Source: an uncultured SAR86 cluster bacterium (lineage in GTDB: Bacteria; Pseudomonadota; Gammaproteobacteria; Magnimaribacterales; D2472). From it: DNA of 64,000 nt. The position numbers and the translations under genes are program-made. Numbering within the stretch: the stretch's first letter is position 1; each line of letters begins with the position of its first letter. This document shows, piece by piece, positions 9,761 through 17,295 of the stretch. The DNA lies in the NCBI GenBank assembly GCA_902594005.1, contig CACJKN010000003.1:7219-71218 (forward strand), given 5' to 3'. Below the pieces are notes generated by a model. That model was not told the origin of the DNA and searched no databases. It saw nothing but the letters and a program-made list of their open reading frames with translations.

Positions 9761-10714
9761 ATGAGTAATGGAACAATAGATATCTTTTCGGGGTCATCTT
9801 GTATTGATCTATCAGATGAAGTCGCAAAACTTTTAAATAATGAGCTTTCTTCTATTGAATTGGGAACCTTTTCAGATGGTGAAATCCAAGTAGAAATTAA
9901 TGAGAATGTTAGAGGTCACGATACCTTTATAATTCAATCCACCTGCTTTCCAGCTGATAAACATCTCATGGAACTAATGTTACTAGCTGATGCCCTAAAG
10001 AGGTCTTCTGCTTCTAAGATCACTGCGGTTGTTCCATATTATGGCTATGCTAGACAAGACCGAAGAGTAAGATCTTCAAGAGTCCCAATTAGTGCAAAAG
10101 TTGTATCTGATATGTTTAGTTCTGTTGGTATTAATAGAGTTCTAACTCTAGATCTCCATTCTGAAACAATCCAAGGTTTTTTTGATATGCCTGCTGATAA
10201 TGTTTATGCAACAAAACTAATGGTTGAAGATATATCTAAACATTATTCTAAAGATAATTTAGTTATTGTCTCGCCAGATGTAGGCGGGGTCGTCAGATCA
10301 AGAGCGTTAGCAAAATATCTAGATGGTCTTGATCTTGCAATTATAGATAAGCGAAGAGATGTGGCTAATGAGTCAGAAGTAATGAACATAATTGGTGATG
10401 TTGCTGGAAAAGAATGTATTGTTCCTGATGACATCATCGATACAGCAGGAACATTATGCAATGCAGCCAAGGCTTTAAAAGATGCTGGGGCAAGTAAAGT
10501 AAGTGCATATATAACTCATCCTGTTTTGTCAGGTCCAGCTATTGAAAGAATAAGTAATTCTGAGATTGATGAACTTGTTGTAACTAATTCGATTCCTCTT
10601 ACCCAAGATGGTCAAAAATGCAGTAAAATACGCGTCATATCGATCGCACCAATAATAGCAGAGTGTATTAAGAGGCTTTCTAATGAGGAATCCTTGAGTG
10701 CGGTTTTTTTATAA
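9761..10714 (+). CDS. prs: Ribose-phosphate pyrophosphokinase
   Basis: Motifs GYARQDRR, DLHS, VSPDVGG and DDIIDTAGT. The start is set at ATG 9761 (MSNGTIDIFSG) because the longer ORF from 9683 runs through the tRNA-Gln gene. Confidence 0.95.
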   Translation: MSNGTIDIFSGSSCIDLSDEVAKLLNNELSSIELGTFSDGEIQVEINENVRGHDTFIIQSTCFPADKHLMELMLLADALKRSSASKITAVVPYYGYARQDRRVRSSRVPISAKVVSDMFSSVGINRVLTLDLHSETIQGFFDMPADNVYATKLMVEDISKHYSKDNLVIVSPDVGGVVRSRALAKYLDGLDLAIIDKRRDVANESEVMNIIGDVAGKECIVPDDIIDTAGTLCNAAKALKDAGASKVSAYITHPVLSGPAIERISNSEIDELVVTNSIPLTQDGQKCSKIRVISIAPIIAECIKRLSNEESLSAVFL

Positions 10715-10723
10715 GAGGTTTTT

Positions 10724-11425
10724 ATGTCAGAACAAATAATGATAAATGCAGTTTCTAGGTCTGAGCTTGGCTCCAATAGAGCCAGAAATATTAGAAGTGA
10801 TAATATGGTTCCAGCTGTAATTTATGGAAATGAGAAAGAGCTGATAAATGTAAACATCCCTCTAAATGAGCTCACAAAGGCATCACAGAATGATCTATTT
10901 TTTACTCAAGTTCTAATCATTAAAGTGGGTGACAATGATGAAAAGGTTGTACTTAAGGAACTTCAAAGGGAGCCTATGAAAGGCAAGTTGCTTCATGCTG
11001 ATTTTATGAGAGTTTCGAGGAAAACTATGCTTAAAGTTACAATTCCCTTTAACTTTTTAAATGAAGATGATTGTGTAGGAGTTAAAACAGAGGGTGGAGT
11101 TGTTACAAAAACAATGAGGGATATCGAAATCCTTTGTTCTGCAGAAAATATTCCTGAAATTATTGAAGTTGATATTGCCGAACTTAATTTAGGAGACTCT
11201 ATTAGACTTACTGACCTGTCTCTTCCAGAGGGTTCAGAAATTCCAGGACTTACAGAAGAAACTGATCAAATGATAGTTTCTGTGAATGCTCCAAAAGCTG
11301 TGGTTGAAGAAGAACCTCTTGAAGATGAAGTTCTTGAAGGAGATGAAGATGGTGATGAGGTCACTGATGGAGCTTCTGACGAAGGCTCTGAAGAATCAGA
11401 AGAAAAAGAAGAAGCTACAGAATAA
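10724..11425 (+). CDS. rplY: 50S ribosomal protein L25 / general stress protein Ctc, with acidic C-terminal tail
   Basis: L25/Ctc motifs RARNIRSDNMVPAVIYG and LQREPMKGKLLHADF. The roughly 40 C-terminal residues are rich in Asp and Glu. prs-rplY-pth-ychF order is conserved. Confidence 0.9.
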   Translation: MSEQIMINAVSRSELGSNRARNIRSDNMVPAVIYGNEKELINVNIPLNELTKASQNDLFFTQVLIIKVGDNDEKVVLKELQREPMKGKLLHADFMRVSRKTMLKVTIPFNFLNEDDCVGVKTEGGVVTKTMRDIEILCSAENIPEIIEVDIAELNLGDSIRLTDLSLPEGSEIPGLTEETDQMIVSVNAPKAVVEEEPLEDEVLEGDEDGDEVTDGASDEGSEESEEKEEATE

Positions 11426-11432
11426 CTATCCT

Positions 11433-11987
11433 GTGCAAAAGGTATTTATTCTTGGTATCGGAAATCCAGAAGAAAAATATAACAATACCAGGCATAACAT
11501 TGGCAAAGATTGGGTTGAAAAAATTGCCAATGATCACGAACTAACTTTCGTAAAAAAATCCAAATTAAAGTGTAGTATTTGTGAGGTAGAGCCCCATGTT
11601 TATTTGGTGGTTCCAGATGTGTATGTAAATGAAAGTGGCAAAGTTGCTTCATTGCTCAAAAGATATCTAAATGCTAAACCTGAGCACATTTTAGTATTGC
11701 ATGATGATATTGATACACAGATTGGTGATGCAAAATTTAAATCTGGTGGTGGAGATGGTGGTCACAACGGATTAAAAGATTTATCTAATATTATTGGAAA
11801 AGATTTCAAAAGATTAAAAATTGGTGTTAGCCATCCCGGTAGAAAAAATGAAGTTACAAATTGGGTTTTAGGAAAGTTTAAACCAGCAGAGATTCAACTT
11901 CTTGAAGAGTTATATAAAAAAGTTATGGTTCACAAAGATAAAATATTTAGCCTTGAAATAGAAAATCTTCAAAACTTGGTAAATTAA
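11433..11987 (+). CDS. pth: Peptidyl-tRNA hydrolase
   Basis: Motifs LGIGNPEEKYNNTRHNIG, VLHDDID and GGHNGLKD. A GTG start at 11433 (read as M-QKVFILGIGNP) is proposed. The ORF-track ATG at 11286 would overlap 140 nt of rplY. The exact start is uncertain. Confidence 0.85.
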   Translation: MQKVFILGIGNPEEKYNNTRHNIGKDWVEKIANDHELTFVKKSKLKCSICEVEPHVYLVVPDVYVNESGKVASLLKRYLNAKPEHILVLHDDIDTQIGDAKFKSGGGDGGHNGLKDLSNIIGKDFKRLKIGVSHPGRKNEVTNWVLGKFKPAEIQLLEELYKKVMVHKDKIFSLEIENLQNLVN

Positions 11988-11988
11988 C

Positions 11989-13080
11989 ATGGGCTTTAGA
12001 TGTGGAATCATTGGTTTACCAAATGTAGGTAAATCAACATTATTTAATGCCATAACTCAATCATCTATACCTGCTGAAAATTTTCCTTTTTGCACAATTG
12101 AACCAAATGTCGGAGTTGTTGAAGTTCCTGACACGAGACTTAATGAATTACAAGAAATAGTAATAGCTAAAAAAGTTATACCTACAACTTTAAACTTAGT
12201 TGATATTGCTGGATTGGTTAAAGGGGCCTCTAAAGGTGAAGGTTTAGGAAATAGCTTTCTATCAAATATAAGAGAAATGAATGCCTTAGCTCACGTTGTA
12301 AGATGTTTTGACGATAATAATATTACTCATGTAGATGGTGAAATTAATTCAACCAGAGATGCGGAGGTAATAAATCTCGAGCTTATTTTTGCCGATCTAG
12401 AAACCTTGAATAAAAGAAAAGAAAAGATTGAAAAGAAATTAAGGTCTGGAGATAAGGATTTAGCTAATGAATTTAACTTAATTGAGAATTGTATAAAAAC
12501 TCTTGAGTCTGGAGATTTTATTGATATATCTAGCTTCTCCAATAAAGAGGATCTAAAAATAATTCAGTCTTTTCAATTATTAACAGCTAAACCAATCTTC
12601 TTCATTGCAAATGTTTCTGATACTAAATCATCTAAAGAGAATCTTGATAATCTTAGGGAATATGCAAAAAAAATGAATCAAGAAGTTATTGAAGTCCAAA
12701 TTAAATTAGAAGAAGAAATAGCTAACCTTGATGAGCATGATAAAAAAGATTTTCTAGAATTAGAAGGTATAGAAGAACCAGCCCTTAACAAAATTATTAA
12801 AAAAGGGTATGAAATACTTGGTTTGGATACTTTTTTTACTGCTGGCCCAAACGAACTGAGAGCCTGGACATTAAAAAGAGGTTCTCTTGCTCCTCAAGCA
12901 GCTGGAAGAATTCATACGGACTTTGAGAGAGGTTTCATTAAAGCAGAAATTATTAGCTTTGAAGACTATATATCTTTTGGTGGCGAGGCAGGCTCAAAAG
13001 AAAATGGTAAGTTAAGATTGGAAGGGAAAGATTACATATTTAAAGATGGTGACATAGCCCACTTTAAATTTAATGTTTGA
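11989..13080 (+). CDS. ychF: Ribosome-binding ATPase YchF
   Basis: P-loop GIIGLPNVGKSTLFNA and FFTAGPNELRAWT, with a TGS-like C-terminus ending DGDIAHFKFNV. Confidence 0.95.
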   Translation: MGFRCGIIGLPNVGKSTLFNAITQSSIPAENFPFCTIEPNVGVVEVPDTRLNELQEIVIAKKVIPTTLNLVDIAGLVKGASKGEGLGNSFLSNIREMNALAHVVRCFDDNNITHVDGEINSTRDAEVINLELIFADLETLNKRKEKIEKKLRSGDKDLANEFNLIENCIKTLESGDFIDISSFSNKEDLKIIQSFQLLTAKPIFFIANVSDTKSSKENLDNLREYAKKMNQEVIEVQIKLEEEIANLDEHDKKDFLELEGIEEPALNKIIKKGYEILGLDTFFTAGPNELRAWTLKRGSLAPQAAGRIHTDFERGFIKAEIISFEDYISFGGEAGSKENGKLRLEGKDYIFKDGDIAHFKFNV

Positions 13081-13115
13081 CTTTTATTGAGAGTAAATTA
13101 TTATTTCGGGTCAAT

Positions 13116-13192
13116 GGCTATGTAGCTCAGATGGTTAGAGCACAGCACTCATAACGCTGGGGTCGGTGGTTCAATTCCACCCATAGCCACCA
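13116..13192 (+). tRNA. tRNA-Met, elongator type (anticodon CAU)
   Basis: 77 nt (GGCTATGTAGCTCAGATGGTTAGAGCACAGCACTCATAACGCTGGGGTCGGTGGTTCAATTCCACCCATAGCCACCA). It closely resembles E. coli elongator tRNA-Met rather than tRNA-Ile2. Positions 31:39 read as an A/C mismatch. Confidence 0.85.
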
Positions 13193-13196
13193 ATTT

Positions 13197-13433
13197 CTAC
13201 TTCTTGTTTATTAAAAAAATTATTATCAAGGATACAAGAGCAACAACTCCGCTATCCCCAATAGTATCTAATATGGTAACAAGGTTTGAATATACTGCTC
13301 CAACAAATGGGGCATCAGGACCAAAAAGAACTCCTAGCAATAGAGCAACTGCGACTACAACTAGAAGAACGTCTGTGACCTGTTTGAGGTAACTTTTGAT
13401 TTTGTTTAATGAGTAGTAAAAATCTAGCTTCAT
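13197..13433 (-). CDS. Small hydrophobic protein (78 aa), unknown family, paralog of 13489..13707
   Basis: It has two hydrophobic segments. It shares G-[IV]-[VL]-F-G, F-x-G-x-V-x-S-N-L, then 7 residues, then G-D-[AS]-G-[LV]-V-x-L with its upstream neighbour. The C-terminus is basic (NKK). The Shine-Dalgarno is weak. The stop lies 4 nt from the tRNA-Met 3' end (convergent). Confidence 0.6.
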   Translation of the reverse strand: MKLDFYYSLNKIKSYLKQVTDVLLVVVAVALLLGVLFGPDAPFVGAVYSNLVTILDTIGDSGVVALVSLIIIFLINKK

Positions 13434-13448
13434 TCTTAAGATTTTAAG

Positions 13449-13476
13449 TCAAAGGGAGAAATTAATCTCCCTTTGA
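13449..13476 (-). repeat. Perfect 11-bp inverted repeat / stem-loop (TCAAAGGGAGA-AATTAA-TCTCCCTTTGA) between the two small hydrophobic-protein genes
   Basis: I read the arms directly and they are exact reverse complements with a 6-nt loop. It lies 12 nt downstream of the stop of the 72-aa gene. No U-tract follows on either strand. Confidence 0.8.
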
Positions 13477-13488
13477 AACAATAAATGA

Positions 13489-13707
13489 TTACTTAAGCAA
13501 TCCTATTAGGATAGCAGCAACAAGTAATCCAACGAGTCCAGCATCGCCAAGTGAAGAAACAACACCTAGAAGATTTGAAAGAACATCGCCGAAGAACCAA
13601 GTATCACCAAAAACGATACCAGCTACAACACCTAACCCGATAACAGCAACAAGGATCTTTGTAAGACTTGATACTATATCACCAATCATTTTCATTGCAT
13701 TATCCAT
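13489..13707 (-). CDS. Small hydrophobic protein (72 aa), unknown family, paralog of 13197..13433
   Basis: A strong Shine-Dalgarno (TATAGGGGGGAAATT-ATG) precedes it. The layout is an N-terminal amphipathic stretch, a hydrophobic segment ending VFG, an acidic/aromatic loop (DTWFFGDVLSNL..GDAG) and a second hydrophobic segment ending in K. Confidence 0.7.
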   Translation of the reverse strand: MDNAMKMIGDIVSSLTKILVAVIGLGVVAGIVFGDTWFFGDVLSNLLGVVSSLGDAGLVGLLVAAILIGLLK

Positions 13708-13814
13708 AATTTCCCCCCTATAAAGGAATGGTTAACACGCATATGAAACCAAAATTGATGATGGTTTTCAAATTACCTCAAAAGGATATTTAACGTAATT
13801 TGACTTTTAGAACT

Positions 13815-15899
13815 TTATTTACTAAGGGCTTTAATTGAAAGTTTCATTTTTCCCCTATCAAAACCAATAAGCTTAACTGTAACCTTCTGTCCTTCTTCTA
13901 AAACTGCTGAAACATCCTCAGTTCTCTCTTCCGAAATCTCTGAAATATGAAGCAATCCATCCTTCCCAGGTAAAATATTTACGAATGCTCCAAAGTCCAC
14001 TATCTTGACAACTGTTCCTTCATAAACTTTGTCTAATTCAGGCTCTTCAATAATCTTATCGATAATATCAAGTGCTGCCTGCATCTTAGCCTGGTTATCA
14101 CCAAAGACTGATATTTCTCCAGTATCGTTTATATCCACAACGGCTCCAGACTCTTCTTGGATAGACTTAATGACTGCTCCACCCTTTCCAATAATTTCTT
14201 TTATCTTATCTTTATTGACCATAAATTTTTGCATTGATGGAGCATCTGAAGCTAATTCCTTAGGCTTAGAAAGAACTTCATTCATCTTTTCAAGAATATG
14301 CATTCTTGCATCTTTTGCACTGGTAAGCGCTTCATCCATTATTTTTTCATTAATGCCATCAATTTTTATATCCATCTGCAATGCTGTTATTCCTTTTTCT
14401 GATCCAGCAACTTTAAAATCCATATCTCCCAAATGATCTTCATCTCCTAAGATATCTGTTAGAACTGCAAATTCATCACCATCTTTAATCAAACCCATTG
14501 CTATTCCAGCAACAGGAGCTGTTAGAGGCACTCCGGCATCCATTAAGGAAAGAGAAGTTCCACACACAGTCGCCATTGAGCTTGAACCATTGGATTCTGT
14601 AATCTCAGAAACTATTCTCACCGTGTAACCAAAATCATCAAAGTCTGGAAGAACTCCTTTTATAGCTCTTTTTGCTAAATTACCATGCCCAATCTCCCTT
14701 CTTTTGGGGCCCATTGGCATACCAATCTCACCTACGCAATAAGCAGGAAAATTATAATGAAGCATAAAATGATCATGTTCTTCGCCATCAAGTGATTCAA
14801 GCCTTTGAGCATCTCGAGGAGATGCAAGCGTTGCAGCTACTAATGCCTGAGTTTCACCTCTGGTGAATAAAGCTGAACCATGGGCTCTATTTAGAACATC
14901 GGTCTCAACTGTTAATTGCCTTACGGTATTTAAATCTCTTCCATCGATTCTTGGTTTACCTGAAAGAATATTTTTCCTAACTATTTGACTTTCAAGTTTT
15001 TTGAAAGCGCTCATTACTTTTCCAGTAGCTAGCTCATCAAGATCTTCATATTTTTCTAGAATTTCAAGACGGACTGAGTTAATAGCTTCGGATCTTTCGG
15101 ATTTCTTTGCAATTGTGAATGCTTCTTCAATCTTGGATGAAAAATCTGATTCAAGTTCAGCAAAATATCTGGGTGTTTCCTCATCTTTTTCAACTATCCA
15201 GTCCTCAACACCCACCAATTCTTTAAACTCTTTTATTTTATCAATAACTATCTGCATAGATTTATGACCAAACAATACAGCGCCTAGCATAAGATCTTCA
15301 TTAAGTTCGCTTGCCTCAGATTCAACCATAAGAACCGCTTCAGATGTGCCAGCAACTACCATATCTAGGAAAGACTGATCCATTATTTTTTTTGACGGAT
15401 TAAGAGCATAGCTCCCATCAATAAAACCAACTCTAGCAGCACCAATAGGTCCTTGAAAAGGTACACCGGACAAAGACAATGCTGCAGATGCCCCAATCAT
15501 AGCTGCAATATCAGAAGAAAATTCTTCATCAGAAGATATGACCGTAGACATAATCTGAACATCATTTTTAAACTCATCAGGAAATAGAGGCCTAATTGGT
15601 CTATCGATAAGTCTGGAGGTTAATGTTTCTTTCTCAGTTGGTCTAGCTTCTCTCTTAAAATATCCACCAGGAATTTTTCCTGCTGCATAAAATTTCTCTT
15701 GATAAAAAACTGCAAGTGGGAAGAAATCCTTTCCAGGATCAGCTTCTTTTTTTGCAACAACTGTTGTTAGTACTTGAGTTTGGTCCACAGTAACAAGAAC
15801 AGCAGCAGTTGCTTGTCTAGCTATTCTTCCTGTTTCAAGGGTTATTTCTTTACCCCCATATTCAAATGATAATGATTTAGGTTCTAAATGTTTTTCCAC
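13815..15899 (-). CDS. pnp: Polyribonucleotide nucleotidyltransferase (PNPase)
   Basis: Motif [22 protein letters not shown], two RNase PH-like halves, KH ([13 protein letters not shown]) and S1 ([15 protein letters not shown]) domains. It starts 3 nt after the rpsO stop. Confidence 0.97.
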   Translation of the reverse strand: MEKHLEPKSLSFEYGGKEITLETGRIARQATAAVLVTVDQTQVLTTVVAKKEADPGKDFFPLAVFYQEKFYAAGKIPGGYFKREARPTEKETLTSRLIDRPIRPLFPDEFKNDVQIMSTVISSDEEFSSDIAAMIGASAALSLSGVPFQGPIGAARVGFIDGSYALNPSKKIMDQSFLDMVVAGTSEAVLMVESEASELNEDLMLGAVLFGHKSMQIVIDKIKEFKELVGVEDWIVEKDEETPRYFAELESDFSSKIEEAFTIAKKSERSEAINSVRLEILEKYEDLDELATGKVMSAFKKLESQIVRKNILSGKPRIDGRDLNTVRQLTVETDVLNRAHGSALFTRGETQALVAATLASPRDAQRLESLDGEEHDHFMLHYNFPAYCVGEIGMPMGPKRREIGHGNLAKRAIKGVLPDFDDFGYTVRIVSEITESNGSSSMATVCGTSLSLMDAGVPLTAPVAGIAMGLIKDGDEFAVLTDILGDEDHLGDMDFKVAGSEKGITALQMDIKIDGINEKIMDEALTSAKDARMHILEKMNEVLSKPKELASDAPSMQKFMVNKDKIKEIIGKGGAVIKSIQEESGAVVDINDTGEISVFGDNQAKMQAALDIIDKIIEEPELDKVYEGTVVKIVDFGAFVNILPGKDGLLHISEISEERTEDVSAVLEEGQKVTVKLIGFDRGKMKLSIKALSK

Positions 15900-15902
15900 G
15901 TT

Positions 15903-16172
15903 TTATCCTCTTAAATTAAGGTCTGTAATAATTTTTTTATAACTTTCAGGATTAGTTCTTTTTAAATATGCTAAAAGTTTTCTTCTGAGATTAACCATCC
16001 TAATTAGACCTGTTCTTGAGTGATGATCTTTTTTATGTGTCTTGAAATGACTTTGAAGTTTATTAATATTTTCTGTAAGTAAAGCTATCTGAACCTCTGA
16101 AGATCCAGTGTCGTTTTCATCCTTCTGGAATTTTTTGACTAAATTAGCCTTTTCGTCTTTTAAAAGCGCCAT
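15903..16172 (-). CDS. rpsO: 30S ribosomal protein S15
   Basis: 89 aa with [13 protein letters not shown] and [21 protein letters not shown]. Confidence 0.96.
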   Translation of the reverse strand: MALLKDEKANLVKKFQKDENDTGSSEVQIALLTENINKLQSHFKTHKKDHHSRTGLIRMVNLRRKLLAYLKRTNPESYKKIITDLNLRG

Positions 16173-16291
16173 AATTATTCTCCTAGGACATACATTTTTA
16201 TTTATTTACACCCGTCAAACCTCGCATGTCTAAAGTTTGAGTGCGTAGCTTAAAGGTATTTAAAGATATTAACAACTAATTTCTTTTATAT

Positions 16292-16963
16292 TTAAAAGGA
16301 CAAATCCTCCATATTTATCAAATCACTCATTTGGACATCATCTACTTTTTTTGCATCCTTAAGTTCAAATTTACCTTGAGAAAGCCGCACTAGCTCTACT
16401 AAATGGCCGCCGCATCCAAGTTTGTCACCCAAGTCTCTAGCAATAGACCTAATATAGGTGCCCTTGGAGCAGGATATTTCAAAGGAAACAAAAGGATTTT
16501 CTACAACAATATTTAATATCTTGTAAATTTTTATGTCTCTGGGCTCTTTTTCTATCATTCTTCCTTCTCTAGCATGCTTATAAAGCGGTTTACCTTTATA
16601 TTTTAAAGCAGAAAAAAATGGGGCTTTTTGCTTTGATTCCCCTACAAAGGTTTTAATCATTTCAATAATTTCCTCTTCACTGACTTGAATCTTTTTCTCC
16701 TCAATAACTCTTCCCTCCGAGTCATCAGTTGTGGTTTGGATTCCCAACATAATTTTTGAAAAGTATGACTTATCTAGATTTAGGAATCTTTCTGATAACT
16801 TTGTGCCCTTATTAATTCCACATACTAACAAGCCTTCTGCCAAAGGATCAAGCGTGCCAAAATGACCAATTTTTTTTATGTCCAGCCTTCTTTTTATTTT
16901 TTGGATAGCTTTATTTGATGAAAGACCCTTGTCTTTATTAATTAAAAAAATACCTGAATTCAT
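16292..16963 (-). CDS. truB: tRNA pseudouridine-55 synthase, short form without PUA domain
   Basis: Catalytic-Asp motif GHFGTLDPLAEGLL plus GTYIRSIARDLG..GCGGHL. At 223 aa it ends shortly after the catalytic domain. Confidence 0.9.
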   Translation of the reverse strand: MNSGIFLINKDKGLSSNKAIQKIKRRLDIKKIGHFGTLDPLAEGLLVCGINKGTKLSERFLNLDKSYFSKIMLGIQTTTDDSEGRVIEEKKIQVSEEEIIEMIKTFVGESKQKAPFFSALKYKGKPLYKHAREGRMIEKEPRDIKIYKILNIVVENPFVSFEISCSKGTYIRSIARDLGDKLGCGGHLVELVRLSQGKFELKDAKKVDDVQMSDLINMEDLSF

Positions 16964-17289
16964 TTAATATTCTTTAGGAGATTTTCTATGTTATCTGCTT
17001 CCTCAGGCGTTTTATCAAAAATGAATAGAATCTTAGGCACTCGTCTAATTTTCATTGATTTTGAGATCTCGCTCCTAATCATGCCTGAAAATTTTGAAAG
17101 AATTTTTTCATTTAATTCAATTTCATCTTGATAGACCGAATAAAAGACTTTAGCAACTGAGATGTCTTGTGTTACAGAAATATGGTTTATGACTATTGAT
17201 TTAAGTCTTGGATCTCTAACTTTTTGAAGAATTATATTTGAAATTTCTTTTTTAAGATAATCTGCAATTCTTTCAGGTCTTAAGGACAT
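16960..17289 (-). CDS. rbfA: Ribosome-binding factor A
   Basis: 109 aa with the RbfA pattern (RDPRLKSIVINHISVTQDISVAKVFY), located between infB and truB. Confidence 0.9.
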   Translation of the reverse strand: MSLRPERIADYLKKEISNIILQKVRDPRLKSIVINHISVTQDISVAKVFYSVYQDEIELNEKILSKFSGMIRSEISKSMKIRRVPKILFIFDKTPEEADNIENLLKNIK

Positions 17290-17295
17290 GTTATC

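Noticed and set aside
11290-11425. The roughly 40-residue Asp/Glu-rich tail on L25/Ctc, considered as a possible novel fusion.
   Set aside because: Ctc-type L25 proteins commonly carry variable low-complexity C-terminal extensions. Nothing here indicates a separate domain.
11286-11432. A 49-codon upstream extension of pth that overlaps the rplY acidic tail in another frame.
   Set aside because: It is Lys-rich low-complexity sequence produced by reading GAA/GAT repeats out of frame. The Pth homology starts at about 11433.
13204-13392. A 62-aa plus-strand ORF opposite the 78-aa small hydrophobic gene.
   Set aside because: The minus-strand product is paralogous to the neighbouring gene. The plus-strand product is Thr/Arg/Pro-rich with no features, so it is most likely a shadow ORF.
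13449-13476. Calling the perfect 11-bp hairpin a rho-independent terminator.
   Set aside because: No U-tract follows the stem on either strand. It is kept only as a stem-loop of unknown role.
13763-13780. GGTTTTCAAATTACCTCA, a faint echo of the tRNA-Met 3' end (GGTTCAATTCCACCCA) on the far side of the two small genes. It could be a degenerate attR marking a mini-island.
   Set aside because: The match needs gaps and several mismatches. There is no integrase or other mobile gene, and such similarity is expected by chance in AT-rich sequence.
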